Shown: one piece after another, positions 10,821-23,466 of the stretch
Numbering within the stretch: position 1 is the first letter of the stretch
How the letters are laid out: every line of letters starts with the position of its first letter
Source: Octopus sinensis
Lineage: Eukaryota
Reading direction: 5' to 3'
Length of the DNA stretch: 64,000 nucleotides
Assembly (NCBI RefSeq): GCF_006345805.1
Contig: NC_043000.1
Location: 44,516,001-44,580,000 of the forward strand
Program-made: the position numbers and the translations under genes
Notes under the pieces: model-generated
Database searches by the model: none
What the model was told of the DNA's origin: nothing
Seen by the model: the letters and a program-made list of their open reading frames with translations, nothing else

Positions 10821-13789
10821 ATGTGTGTGTGTGTGTGTAAAATCGTTCGTAGACCGAAACAGCAAGGTGGTGATATTGATAAGGATTATACGTGTTTTTT
10901 GAGCAGTAAAATATAAATCGATAATTTATGATAGAAGTGTCAGGTTATGCCACGAACACGTGTACACTTCACTTAATCTTTAAACAGTATAACTATGACA
11001 CAGTCAGCGACAGGCTGGTTCTGCAATTGCGCATACATTCCATGCAATCGGCTTTCAAAATATTTTATGTCCCCTGATTCACTACGTTAGATGACTGGCT
11101 AGATGACTGTAAATCAATGGCAGTGAGCACCAGTGTTCAATGTGCCGCATAGTGATGTCAAAGTTGTTAACTTATGCATGAGAAGCAGACATTTAACAAT
11201 TCTTTCATATCTTCTAACAAAGTTAGAATGATTTCAACGTCGATGTTTAATCAGTCACTGAAGAACTATGTTTGAAAAGCGTTTTATATCTATTTACCCT
11301 ATCACAAACATGGTTACATCAATCTACTTGCTCTTAAATAAATAAAGCCAGTGCATTATTACCAAGGGGAACCGGCAGTCTACCGGAAAACTTTTATTGA
11401 CAATATTATTTAAACATTTCTACGTGTCTTTTTTAATATTAATCACATAATTATTCTGAGAAATTAGCTGCTAACTTCATTTATACCATAATAGATTAAT
11501 ATTCCGTTTTGTGGGAAGTGCACTTAGGAACAAAATTTTATGTAACACGTTTATTAGGTGTGGTCTGATTTAGAATCTAATTCAACCCAAGTCACATTCT
11601 GTTTATATGCATATAATTACAATAATTACAAATAATATATTACTATACAATATCTCATATTTTACAATGTCAAAAGGTACTGTTATAAACAAATACTGAT
11701 TGAGAACAAGAAATCACTAATGCTTCTACAGAAGGATTAAACAATAAACTCAATAGCAAAATTCTCAATAACCAATTTATTTAAATTTTCTTTTCATATT
11801 TTACAAAAAGAAAGAGGCAATTTTGAAACCAAATTTTAAACATAACATTTTTAATAGTACCAAAATACATCGTTGCCTAATTCATATCAACAGATGTCGG
11901 TGATTCAATTATTTGATTAATCACTCAATTAAAGAAACAATTATTATCTAAATGGATTAGCGTAATGGGAAAGTGAATGGTTAATTTGTTTGTGTTTTTC
12001 CTCATCTCTTTTTTTATATTTGTGGTTGGATAGTTCTCATCTTTGTATTCTGTTACTGTTATTACAAAACAGGTACTGTAGTAAAAACTATTTGTTCCAT
12101 TCGATTGGTTTTCCTCTATTTCTGCAAAATATGTAGTGATATAAGCAAAAATAAAAAAAAAAGAAAAGGAAGTTCATTTACTGAATAATAAAATTTTGAT
12201 TAATGGAGCAATTATTTAGCGATTTTGAAATTCACATGAGCATGGCAAAAAAAAACCAATATATATAGTTCAGAAAACTTTACAGCAAGTTTTACAATTA
12301 TGAACACTGTAAATCAAAGTAACAACATGTATTTTGACTATTACTCCACTTATTGAATGCAATAATTCAAACTGCTACATTAGGCTGATGTGTTGTGTCT
12401 ATAAGAATTAAAGAATCTTAGATATAGTGACAGTGGAGTTTATTGATAAGTAACAAAATTTGATCTTTCTTCCGGTAAGTCAAAATCTTATAGCCTCCGC
12501 CAACTCTGACTCACATTTCTCTTCGAAATATTTTTCCATCCATATATTTACTATCCATTTCGTATATCCAAGTGGACGATAATCTATTTAATATTGTTAT
12601 ACGTGATATAATTCATAGATATTGAAAAAAAATAAATGAAACAGGTTTATAAAAGCAAGCCGGCACTAAATATTCATCTGTTAGCGAAAGCAATTACAGC
12701 AGATTTCTTTGACACCAAGGAGCAAAGTTTTAGTGTCATATGTTTGATTCCAAGTAATTTGCCTGCAGAACTATATTGAGCTGTAAGACATCATAAGATA
12801 TAATTTGCCGACTATTCATATTCAGACACTTCAAGTCAGTTTTACATAAATGTCACCTGTACTTTCTTTAGGGAAAAATCGGTATTCTTTTATGAAACAT
12901 TTCCTTTTACAGACTTAAAGTGAAAATCGGTAATTTCTTTATCGTGACTATAAACTACTTGAGTTTTCTATGCAGCATTGAAATTAAAATGTGTCAATAA
13001 TAACCTCATTGTTATCTATCCATCTAACGATGTTGGGGATATGTTCAATTGATGTCATTCGCTGGCACCTCTGCTTAAAGCAGTTTTTATTACATTTACA
13101 TGTCTCGAAGATTCCGGACAAATTTTAATATTCATTAGATAGATGAAAGCGGTATGTTATTTCAGAAATCAGATCGCTGGATTAAATGCGATGTAACATT
13201 TAGTTCTCTTCTATATTTTGGGCTTCTGTTCTGAAGGTATTGATTTTTATCTTTTATACCTCTGTAGACGATGAAATAAATATCTCCAGTGCATTGAGGT
13301 CAATTCGATTGACTTTTATTGTTAACAACAAACAAAAGTGAGTCTTTTAAAATGAAAAGAATGCAATATTTATTGCAGAAAATTTTTCCACTAGTTTTGC
13401 TAGCTTAGAATGTACAGCGCGGTTCTAATGCTACTAAACATTTTGCACCATTTACTATTGTCAGCTTAATACTTGCCCGGGTGAAGCTTCTTATTTATCT
13501 GCTCAGAATGCGTCATATACCAGTAATATACCGAATATATTTCAGATATCCGCATTGAATCTTGGCTAAGAATAACGACGAGATAGTGACAGCGTAGAAA
13601 ATACAGAAATTGTTGAATATCAATTTTCCCTCAACTACATGCACTCTGCAACTCTGAGTGTTATAACATTATATTTGGTAACCACACAATAGTAAAGAGC
13701 TACAAATATCTTCCATATGTTTAATAAGCAAAATACAGAATAGCTTTTTCTTTACTATTGTATATACATATATATATATATAATCTTCT

Positions 13790-14200
13790 ATCTTTTATTT
13801 TTCAGTTGCTAGACTGAAGCCACGCGGGAGTACCGCCTCGGAGGGTTTAAGTCAAAGAAATTGACCAGAGTATTTACTTTTTCTAAGCCTAATACTTATC
13901 CCATCAGTGCCAATTTTCGTGGGGCGTAAACAAACTTACCCCGGCTGTCAAACTTTTGCAAGGAAAAAAACACAAGCGTCCACACACGCACACACACTTA
14001 TGGATGTGAGTATATATATATATATAATATATATATATATATATAATATATATATATATATGACGAGATTGTTTCCGTTTCTGTCAATCAAGTCCATTGA
14101 CAAGGGTTTGGTCAACCCGATGCTATAGTAGATGTCCAAGTGCGACACAGTGAGACTGAAACCGAGACAATGTGGTTGGGAAGTACACTTTTTACCACAG
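13790..14200 (-). mobile_element. SINE family B, degraded near full length
   Basis: Same module order as 27285-27763, with internal (TA)n. Confidence 0.7.
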
Positions 14201-14425
14201 AGTAAAATTTAAATCATATAAAAACGTCTCCCCTTTAATTTCAGATGGAAATTGTCATGGGCTTTTGTCAAGTGTAATTTTTGTTTTGTTTTGTTTTTGG
14301 ATATGTCTTTTAGTGTATCGTAACTTAATCACGAATACACAAGGTAATAATCCATTGCAATTATTTAATTATGTAAATCATTCTAAGAAAATATGTAATA
14401 CTTTTTCACCAATGTTAAATGCCTT

Positions 14426-14674
14426 TTAAGCTGAAACTTTGTAAGCATCTACAGCCACTAATTGCCCCTTGCATTCAAGAGTCATAGTTTCTTTTCCCTG
14501 GGCAATTAAATTAATTTCAGTTATTAATTCTTCATTTCTCACAATTATCTCTCCACAAAACTGTTGCTGGAGTTTGTTCACTTTCTCCGACAACAGGAGG
14601 GAAGTTGAATCATACGATAATTTCTTTTCGTGTTGCATGTAGGTCATCATACCTATTTTATATTCAATATATGC
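14426..14674 (-). CDS. Candidate terminal coding exon, unidentified
   Basis: Acceptor ccgtattttgttgcAG, phase 0, 82 codons AYIEYKIG...VDAYKVSA then TAA, in non-repetitive DNA. An internal G|GTATGA donor after 22 nt is an alternative reading. Confidence 0.3.
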   Translation of the reverse strand, partial: AYIEYKIGMMTYMQHEKKLSYDSTSLLLSEKVNKLQQQFCGEIIVRNEELITEINLIAQGKETMTLECKGQLVAVDAYKVSA

Positions 14675-15283
14675 CTGCAACAAAATACGGCTATATCACA
14701 TGTAACAGAAAATCAACAGTATCTAGTGGTAAGCAGACAGTATAGAACATCACAAAAAATACTGAACGAACTACCAAGCTGCATTTAGACACGTCCTTTT
14801 GTCATGGAAATTCGAATGCAGATCAATTGGGAATAATAACTATCCTTTCTAGAGTCGACCTCTTATTTATAGAATATAATGTATATTATCAAAAGAGAAA
14901 TTATAGTCTCCTCTTCTTATGGTAATATGCGATTTGTTGTTACGTCTACTGCGTCATATTTTGTATCTATTACTATATCGTTCATGTGACTCAAAGGGAA
15001 GACAGCTAATATGTAGTGAGGGGTGGTGCGTAGCAGCTCCTTCGCACTCTCATTGTTGATGTTTAATCATAAATCAGCCCTAACTTAATCCTAAAACAGA
15101 GAACAGTAATTAAATTGTGAAATTTCCATCTTCCCCATTTCTTGTTTCAAATATCACAGTGCAAATTATTTTCATTTCAATTACCATCAATTAGTGAGGT
15201 GTCATTTAACTAGAATATGGCTGTTACCTCAAGTAGGTGATATAACATTGCTAACGTGACATAACACACACACACGTATCGAG

Positions 15284-15333
<50 letters not shown>

Positions 15334-15911
15334 ACCAGCACTCATAACACTACATGTACCCATATATATATATATATACCAGTGTTATAAGGGAGTATAT
15401 ATTGTTTTCATAAAGTAGAAACGGAATATAGATTAGTAGACACATATGAATAAGATGTGAGAATATAATCACTAATTTCGTAGTCAACTGACGAATAAAT
15501 TCATTCCATTACTGTAATAATAGAGAAACCTTTGCGCATATAATTATTTAGGAACTTCAATGCATATTGAATAGAGCAAAATTGTCTATATACGCAAACA
15601 TACGGTTTTTTTTCATTGCGAATAATTTCATAAAATAACATAGTTTAAGTTTTGCATTATCTTCATCTCTTTAAATCTTTCCCAAAATCACTTTAATGGG
15701 TTTAGTAACTTATCACATGTTTCCTACGTATTGTGATTGTATCTTTAAATAATTCTACCTATTGTTATACATAATGTATGCTCTCTTTTGTTCCATCTAA
15801 AAAAAGTATTTCAAGAAATAAATTCTTAGAAACTGATATAACAAATTAATGAAAGACACAGTACCTATTTGCTGTAATGTCAGAAAAAGTATAATTATGC
15901 ACATATTTATA

Positions 15912-16146
15912 TTATTTGATATAAAAGAATTCGAATTCCGGTGATAGAATCTTGAGATTAAGTACTTCAGACTGTGTAGTATTTCCGAATACCAAGTGCA
16001 AAGAAAATTTCACATAATTATTCTCATTACTTTGATAAGAAAAATAATTATTAATGAAAGATATCTTATTATTAAGGAAGTTGATGCTAACTATATAATT
16101 AGATAACTTATAAATCCCTTCGAAAGTTCTGGTCACGAAAACGTTC
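15912..16146 (-). CDS. Weak candidate exon, unidentified
   Basis: Acceptor tggtttggtttatttcAG, open frame NVFVTRTFEG...EFEFFYIK*; no homology recognised. Confidence 0.15.
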
Positions 16147-16512
16147 CTGAAATAAACCAAACCACAGCATCTCCTTTTCCTGTCTTTTTATCCCACAAGA
16201 TAAAGGCCTTGTAATTGTTTCTTTTCCTCATTTTTGTTTCGCGTTCAGATTGTAATTTAGTTACAAGTATCTCAATGCTGTGAAAATATTTCAGTAAGTT
16301 ATTAAAACGTCTTCTCCTATGCCTATGCGCGGAAAATTTGCAACCTTTTTTTACCATACAACGAAATCCTGGCAGAAGACATAAACAGCACTTCTGATCG
16401 AAAATGGGAAGATAACAAATTTGGTAGTATATATATCACATATATGTTACTTACGGTCATATATCAACATAAAACATCATCCAGCTTTTTCCACACCACG
16501 AATGATTTTGAG

Positions 16513-16514
<2 letters not shown>

Positions 16515-16606
<92 letters not shown>

Positions 16607-16724
16607 ATATAATATATATATATATATACATATATATACACACGCACGCACGTATATATATATATATATACTCAAACATATATATATAAACACGCACACA
16701 CACATATATATATATATATATAGA

Positions 16725-16770
<46 letters not shown>
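16515..16770. repeat. (TA)n microsatellite complex
   Basis: Direct reading. Confidence 0.9.
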
Positions 16771-18319
16771 GCTAAAGTGGGTACAAGGGGTGATCTAAAT
16801 TCACGATATCTTCTCATATCCAAAGACAACAAACAGTATATCTTCCATTACAAAGGAATTCATTTGAATGCAGCTCTTGGAACCTGAATGACAAATTTCT
16901 GGAATGCGAAATTGTAGCCACTTTTCTCAAGGTACTTCCAACTCGTCAAATATTTGCCCATAACGAATGTCCTTCATTAGAAAGCACCTTGATGCTGTAA
17001 TATTTTGGAGCTACCGAAAGGGAAAAAAAATTACTAAAAATGAAGTGATATCCTTGCAAAGTACGCAATTTCAAACGCCATTTGTCTGTTTACAAAAGAC
17101 AAATATGTAACCCCATTTATATTTCTTTTATTTCAACGATTTTATATAAAACATCTTCTTTATATTTTACAAATATATTTTAGACATTTCTGTATATAGT
17201 ATTTATTCTTACATGACTGACATTTATTTATTTATCGTTTCATATTTGTCATTCTTTCTATCTTTCTTTCTGCTTAGACTTCAACCTCGATTAAACCTGT
17301 CATTGCTGCGTGCAAAACGTCAATGAATTTACTGTATTATATCTTCAGAGAACCATTTCTCCCATCATATTATTTAACTATCTACCTGAACCCAGCACCG
17401 GTCTGTCACATTCAATATATATACGCTCTGTCACACACACAAACACACACTCTCTCTCTCTGTATATATATATATATAAGATATGTGTATGCATTATATA
17501 TAATTAGGGAAAGCGTGTCATTTTGCATCCATTGCAAAACTGACATATGTTGAGACATTCACTCTCTCCCACTTTTCATTCATCATGTCAGACCAAATAA
17601 ATAAGGATATCAAATTAGATTTACATATGCACAATCCCCTCTGCATAGTATATAACTTTATTTTCAAGAACGGCAAAATACAAATAAAAAATAAGTTACA
17701 AAATTCTGTATTTAGATTGCTGTTTTGGGAAAACAAACTAAAACACTTTAAAATCTACAGCTGACTAAAATCCTTTCATTTGGGCTTCTCAAGCTGTCAA
17801 ATAACATGCTTCCAGCCAATTTCTTGTACACATCAGATTAGAAGTCTTTTCCAATAATAAAAGAAATCAATGATTAATGCAGATCAAGTGGAAAAGAAAA
17901 CCATACCAAAGATAACGTAGTTCAAGAAAGTTCATTTTCCTAAATATCTTGTCCACGATGAAAATAAAATATAATATAAAACAACGTAAAAGTGAATTTA
18001 TAATGACAGATTGGAAAAAAATTTTTACAAGCCGACAATTCGATAAATATAATTCTCTGCCGCATTACATGAAAACAGACTGTTAACACAAATAGTGGAT
18101 GATATTTGTGCTTTAAGCACTCACGCAGGCACACAGACACACAGACACACACAATACACACATATATAGCATGAAGAGCACGATTGATTATAGTCTTAAA
18201 AGTAATGTCCATTTTCAGTTGCAACACTGATAAAATATGTATGGAAGACAGATACATATTTCATTCATTTATATTATTTAATAACACAAGGCTATCGTAG
18301 ATCTTTATTTTATGGAACC

Positions 18320-19182
18320 CAAAAGGAGGAAAGATAAAGTCGACCTTGGTGGAATTTGAATTCAGAATCTAAAGACGGAGAAAGGCCCGAAATCTTTGGG
18401 GAGGGTGTTAGTCGATAAAATCAACCCCAGTATGCAACTGGTACTTAATTTATCGACTCCGAAGGAATGAAAGGCAAAGTCGACCGCGGTAGAATTTGAA
18501 CTCAGAACGTAGCGGCAGATGAAATACCTATTTCCTTACTACACACAAGGGGCTAAACAGAAAGATGACAAACAGGGACAGAAAAACGGATTAAGTCGAT
18601 TATATCGACTCCAGTGCGTAACCGGTACTTGATTTATCAACCCCGAATGGATGAAAAGCAAAGTCGACGTCAGGGGAATTTGAACTCAGAACATAGCGGC
18701 AGACGAAATACGGCTACGCATTTCGCCCGGCGTGCTTAAGTTTCTGCCAGCTCGCCACCTTTCAAGACTTTTTTATTGCCCACAAGGGGCTAAATGTAGA
18801 TGGGACAAACAAGGAGAGACAAACGGATTAAGTTGATTACATCGACTCCAGTGCGTAACTGGTACATAATTTATCGACTTCGAAAGGATGAAAGGCAAAG
18901 TCAACCTGGGCTTAATTTGAACTCAGAACGCAGCGGCAGACGAAATACCTATTTTTTTATTGCCCACAAGGGGCTAAACACAGAGAAGACAAACAAGGAC
19001 AGACAAACGGATTAAATCTATTATATCAACCCCAGTGCGTAACTGGTACTTAATTTATAGACCCCGAAAGGATGAAAGGCAAGGTCGACCTCGGCGGAAT
19101 TTGAACTTAGAACATAACGGCAGACAAAATACCGCTAAGCATTTCACCCGGTGTGCTAACGACTCCGCTAGCTCGCCGCATT
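18320..19182 (-). mobile_element. Tandem array of SINE family A units (five cores: full, truncated, full, truncated, fragment)
   Basis: Repeated gtcgac...aatttgaactcagaac core; 5' heads end near 18762 and 19181; matching truncation junction gaaatacc|tattt near 18528 and 18949. Confidence 0.85.
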
Positions 19183-19841
19183 ATCTAATGCTTTAATATA
19201 TTAATAGCAGAGTTTTAGTACTACCTGCATTAAATAGTAATAGATTTGAGTTTTAATAATTCAGATATCCAATATACGTAAATTTCACATATGTAGTCGC
19301 CGGTCCGGACGTTTGCGTAATTAGAGGGGTCGCATAATGTTGACTCATTTTCAAACAACGAAGTTATGAGTAACTTGTCTCATGTTCAAAACATCGATAG
19401 TGCGAGTTTCGCTCTTGCACATGAATCATATGTGTGTGTGTGTGTGTGTGTGTGTTGTGTGTGTGTGTGTGTGTGTGTGTGTGCTTTGTATGTTTGTGTG
19501 TGTCTTTGTACAAGTGAGTGTGCAAATATATATGCATATCCTTCGCCGTCGTAAGATAGGTAAAAAATAAACAACGGCCAGTACTTAATAAGCAACGCAT
19601 TTGAATAAAACTGTTCGTGCTGTGTCACCCGCAGCTGTATTGATCATATCTCTATAACTGCCCTATTTTCAGTTTAGTAAGATAATAGGATAACACCGTT
19701 ATTAGGATCGATGTCGAATAAGCTGAAACAAGATGAAATACAAAAAAGTACAAAATGCAGGTAAATAAAAAAAACAATATAAATTTCAATAAAAGGCATT
19801 AGAATACAAGGGGACTTAATTAGCTATAATAGATTAAATAA

Positions 19842-20059
19842 GGCGGCGAGCTGGCAGAAACGTTATCTCGCCGGGCGAAATGCGTAGCCGTATTTCGTGT
19901 GTCGTTACGTTCCGAGTTCAAATTCCGCCGAGGTCGACTTTGCCTTTCATCCTTTCAGGGTCAATAAATTAATTACCAGTTACGCACTCGGCTCGATGTA
20001 ATCGACTTAATCCCTTTGTCTGTCCTTGTTTGTCCCCCCTTGTGGGCAGTAAAGAAATC
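19842..20059 (+). mobile_element. SINE family A, full length
   Basis: ggcggcgagctggcagaaacgtta...gagttcaaattccgccgaggtcgactttgcctttcatcctttcagggtcaataaa; tRNA-like head plus a GCCTTTCATCCTT core that resembles Deu/Nin-domain SINEs from memory. Confidence 0.85.
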
Positions 20060-20496
20060 TATAATAGGTTAAATAATATATGTTTTCAAATGTTCACGAT
20101 CATACGGCTTAACACGTTATGGTCTTAATGATATACAGTAACCCCTAGACTATCACTAGTGTTACGTTCGAAACCCCTTGCGATACGCAAACATCCGCGA
20201 AGTGGAAACAGTATTGTTCTGTATAGTCTTTTAATTATTTTTTCATGATTTGTGTATATTTACTTTGCTATAAAACACCACAGAAGAATCGGCGTAAGCT
20301 TAAATAATAGACCGCGATTGGTGAACAGCGATATGGCGAGGGATTACTGTACAGGTTGATATGGAACTCTAATTATGTTGCCTGAGATACATCAGTACAT
20401 AAGCCCAATTTTCAATGAGCCACAGATTTTGGAAGCCTGTGAGAAACCAAGCGAAAGTTTCATATAATTGAAGATAGAATAATAATCATTTACTAT

Positions 20497-20698
20497 TAAA
20501 GGCACAAGACTTGAAGTTTGTGGGGAGGGGACTAGTCTATTACATCGACCCCAGTGTTTCACTAGTACTTAATTTATCGACCCCGAAAGGATGAAAGGGA
20601 AGGTCGACCTCGGCAGGATTTGAACTCAGGACGTAGCGATGAGTGAACTACTGCAATGCATTTCGTCCAGCGAGCTAACGATTCTGCCAGCTCGCTGC
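20497..20698 (-). mobile_element. SINE family A
   Basis: tttatcgaccccgaaaggatgaaagggaaggtcgacctcggc...gctaacgattctgccagctcgctgc. Confidence 0.85.
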
Positions 20699-21176
20699 TA
20701 ATCAATATAAAATAATAATAGCTAAACCATTTAGTCTTCCAAATATCAAAATAAGACCTGCTCTTCTTACTCATTGTTGGAGATCGTTGCATTTTTTCAG
20801 TTTCGGATTGTGCATTCTGTAGAAATATAACGTCGCATATATGTATACAAAACTGCCAAATGCATGAACTCTTATCATCCGGTTCAAGAATTTCAGTAAT
20901 TCGACATTTGGAGGATTATGTTGAATTCTCTTACTAGTACTCTGATCTAAAATGCGCGGTGAGATTTAATAACAGGCTTGTAATATACTTAACCACAGAA
21001 ATATTTAAAAGTACATGAGAATGGAAAGATTGATGTTTTAGGCATGTTTGCTCATTTGTAATACACATATGCACATACACAGACAGGCCACCCCACAAAA
21101 TAGTCTTTCATTCTTTCCTTTTACATGTTTCAGTAATTTGAATGTGGCCATGATGGGGCGCCGTTATATATATATA

Positions 21177-21220
<44 letters not shown>

Positions 21221-21289
21221 CGGAGTAAGCACATAAATGTGAAACAAGGTGGAAAAAGTGTACTAAAATACGAAAGGAAGAGTAATATG

Positions 21290-21485
21290 CTTTATTTAAA
21301 AGCAGCAGAAATATAACAAAAGCTTTTACTCAGAGTTTCACACTCCCATCGTCGGACGTTTTGTTAAAATAGAACCGACATAACAATTATTATTTCTGTT
21401 CTATTTTAACAAAATTCTCCGGCGAACGGGAATGTGAAACTTCGAGTAACAGCTTTTGTTATAATCTTGCTACTTTTAAATAAAG
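21290..21485. repeat. Foldback element (about 86-bp imperfect arms, 22-bp spacer) with degenerate hammerhead in each arm
   Basis: Arms 21290-21375 and 21398-21485; right arm reads ccggcga-acgggaatgt-gaaac-ttcga-gta. Confidence 0.8.
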
Positions 21486-21552
21486 TACATATATATATAT
21501 ATATATATATATACGAAAGAAGGTTTGAAAATGCAATTTAAAAGATGTTTAT

Positions 21553-21597
21553 TTACTTTACCGGTTTCACTCTTTGGAAAAAGATTGTCAAAAGTAA
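21553..21597 (-). ncRNA. Degenerate minimal type I hammerhead ribozyme motif
   Basis: Minus strand ttactt-TTGACAA-tctttttccaaagagt-GAAAC-CG-GTA-aagtaa: perfect 6-bp stem I, palindromic ACCGGT stem III, two transitions in CUGANGA. Confidence 0.6.
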
Positions 21598-21723
21598 CAT
21601 GTGGAAGTTTGGTTGCGTTAATTATTGGTTGTTGCAAATTGCTACATTACATATATATATACAGTCTTTGGTAACAGGGACATGTTAGGACATAAAACAA
21701 CTTTTTCACGCTTATCGTGATTT

Positions 21724-21847
<124 letters not shown>

Positions 21848-22058
21848 AAATAGAAAGATGAATTTTCTTGTTACAGATTATTCAAAAGTTTAACCGATAC
21901 CTGGGTAGCAAAAATCACACCAGAAAATACACGGTTGGAGATACGACCATTTGGTGTTGCAACCGTGCGTTGGTACGGATAATTGAAGTTTAATAATATT
22001 ATTATTGAATGGAAGAAATGGAGTTGAACGAAGATTGTACAGAATTCCTTTTATTACA

Positions 22059-22138
22059 TTCTACACATGTTTCAAAGGCCACAAATTTCCAAATTCTGAT
22101 TAAATAAGGGTACCATATTGTGGCTTTCTCATCAGGAA
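22059..22138 (-). ncRNA. Type I hammerhead ribozyme motif with intact catalytic core
   Basis: Minus strand uuc-CUGAUGA-g-aaagccacaa-(loop)-uuguggccuuu-GAAAC-augu-GUA^gaa: 3-bp stem I, about 10-bp stem II, palindromic ACAUGU stem III. Confidence 0.7.
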
Positions 22139-22385
22139 AAAACAGGAATTCCGTTGACAGAACAAAACAGAACAGAGGCGCAGCAATTCGAACGAGGAGG
22201 CTTTTTAAGAGCCCATGGCTGAACTGTTGCTTCCATTCAATAATAATAATATATATATATATATATATATATTATTTAAATTAAAAATTGAGGATAAAAT
22301 CTTTAAAAGAAATTATCAGTAGTCAGCGTGAAAAACCTCGTAAGAGAAAAAATCCGTAAATTCTCCCTCTTTGAAAATATTCATT

Positions 22386-22574
22386 TATATTATATTGAGG
22401 GTACTACTATTCGTAGATACCAACACGCTAAGAGGGACCAATGCGGTCAAAACTACTAAAAATAAACAAAATTTTACCGAATGCAAAACTTTGTTTATTT
22501 TTAGTAGTTTTGACCGCATTGGTCCCTCTTAGCGTGTTGGTATCTACGAATAGTAGTACCCTCAATATAATATA
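22386..22574. repeat. Perfect inverted repeat, 85-bp arms, 19-bp spacer
   Basis: 22386-22470 is the exact reverse complement of 22490-22574; carries the hammerhead-like relic ctaagagg-gacc-aatgc-ggtc-aaaac. Confidence 0.9.
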
Positions 22575-22630
22575 TATATATTATATATATATATATATAT
22601 TATATATATATATATATATATATCAAAATC

Positions 22631-23412
22631 ACGATAAGGGTGAAAAAAATTGAATATTAATTAATAACATCAATTTAAAACACCAAGAGCCCTAGCGAAA
22701 AAGAATGGGATAGAGTAAAAATTATTAATACAAGTAATAAGAGAGAGACCACATGTGGTCAATCTAACGCTAGAAATAGATCCGCAAAGGGAATCCACCA
22801 CTAAATAATTGTTCTCAAGCATTAATTCAACACGCCAAGAATGTAATCGGGCAGGACAAATGAAAAATAACGAAAAAATAGATTAACTCTATACAATTGT
22901 TTCATCGTTAATAGACTGAGTAATTTTACTTAATCATTTTCGAATCCTCAGTAGAGTATATCAAAAATATAATTTGCTGAAACGAACGCCAAAATCCATA
23001 CGAAACCGTGCAAAGGCGAACGGCACAACCGATTACATTTGCAGTTACGTTCAAATATCCTCACTCCTGGCACGTTCAAAATACCGGATGTAAATACTAC
23101 CCCAGTAATTTACTGCCAGTTTGAGAACATATTAATTTAGAATTAAAATCACAATAAGGGTGAAAAAAATTGAATATTAATTAATAACATCAATTTAAAA
23201 CACCAAGTGGCCTAGCGAAAAAACTGGGATACAGTAAAAATTATTAATACAAGTAATAAGAGAGAGACCACATGTGGTCACTCTAACGCTAGAAATATAT
23301 CCGCAAAGGGAATCCACCACTAAAGAATTGTTCTCAAGCATTAATTCAACACGCCATGAATGTAATCGGGCAGGACAAATGAAAAATAACGAAAAAATAG
23401 ATTAACTCTATA
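22631..23412. repeat. Direct repeat of about 265 bp with 520-bp period (pLTR-like)
   Basis: 22631-22895 and 23151-23412 are near-identical; each contains the hairpin gaccacatgtggtc. Confidence 0.9.
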
Positions 23413-23422
23413 GATTAACCAC

Positions 23423-23466
<44 letters not shown>

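Noticed and set aside
16826-17010. Minus-strand frame PKYYSIKVLSNEGHSLWANI/LTSWKYLEKSGYNFAFQKF after a good acceptor
   Set aside because: Requires assuming a frameshift; too short to distinguish from chance without homology or RNA data.
18320-19182. Regularly repeated units resembling a CRISPR array
   Set aside because: Eukaryotic context, units of about 200 bp are SINE monomers, and there are no unique spacers or cas genes.
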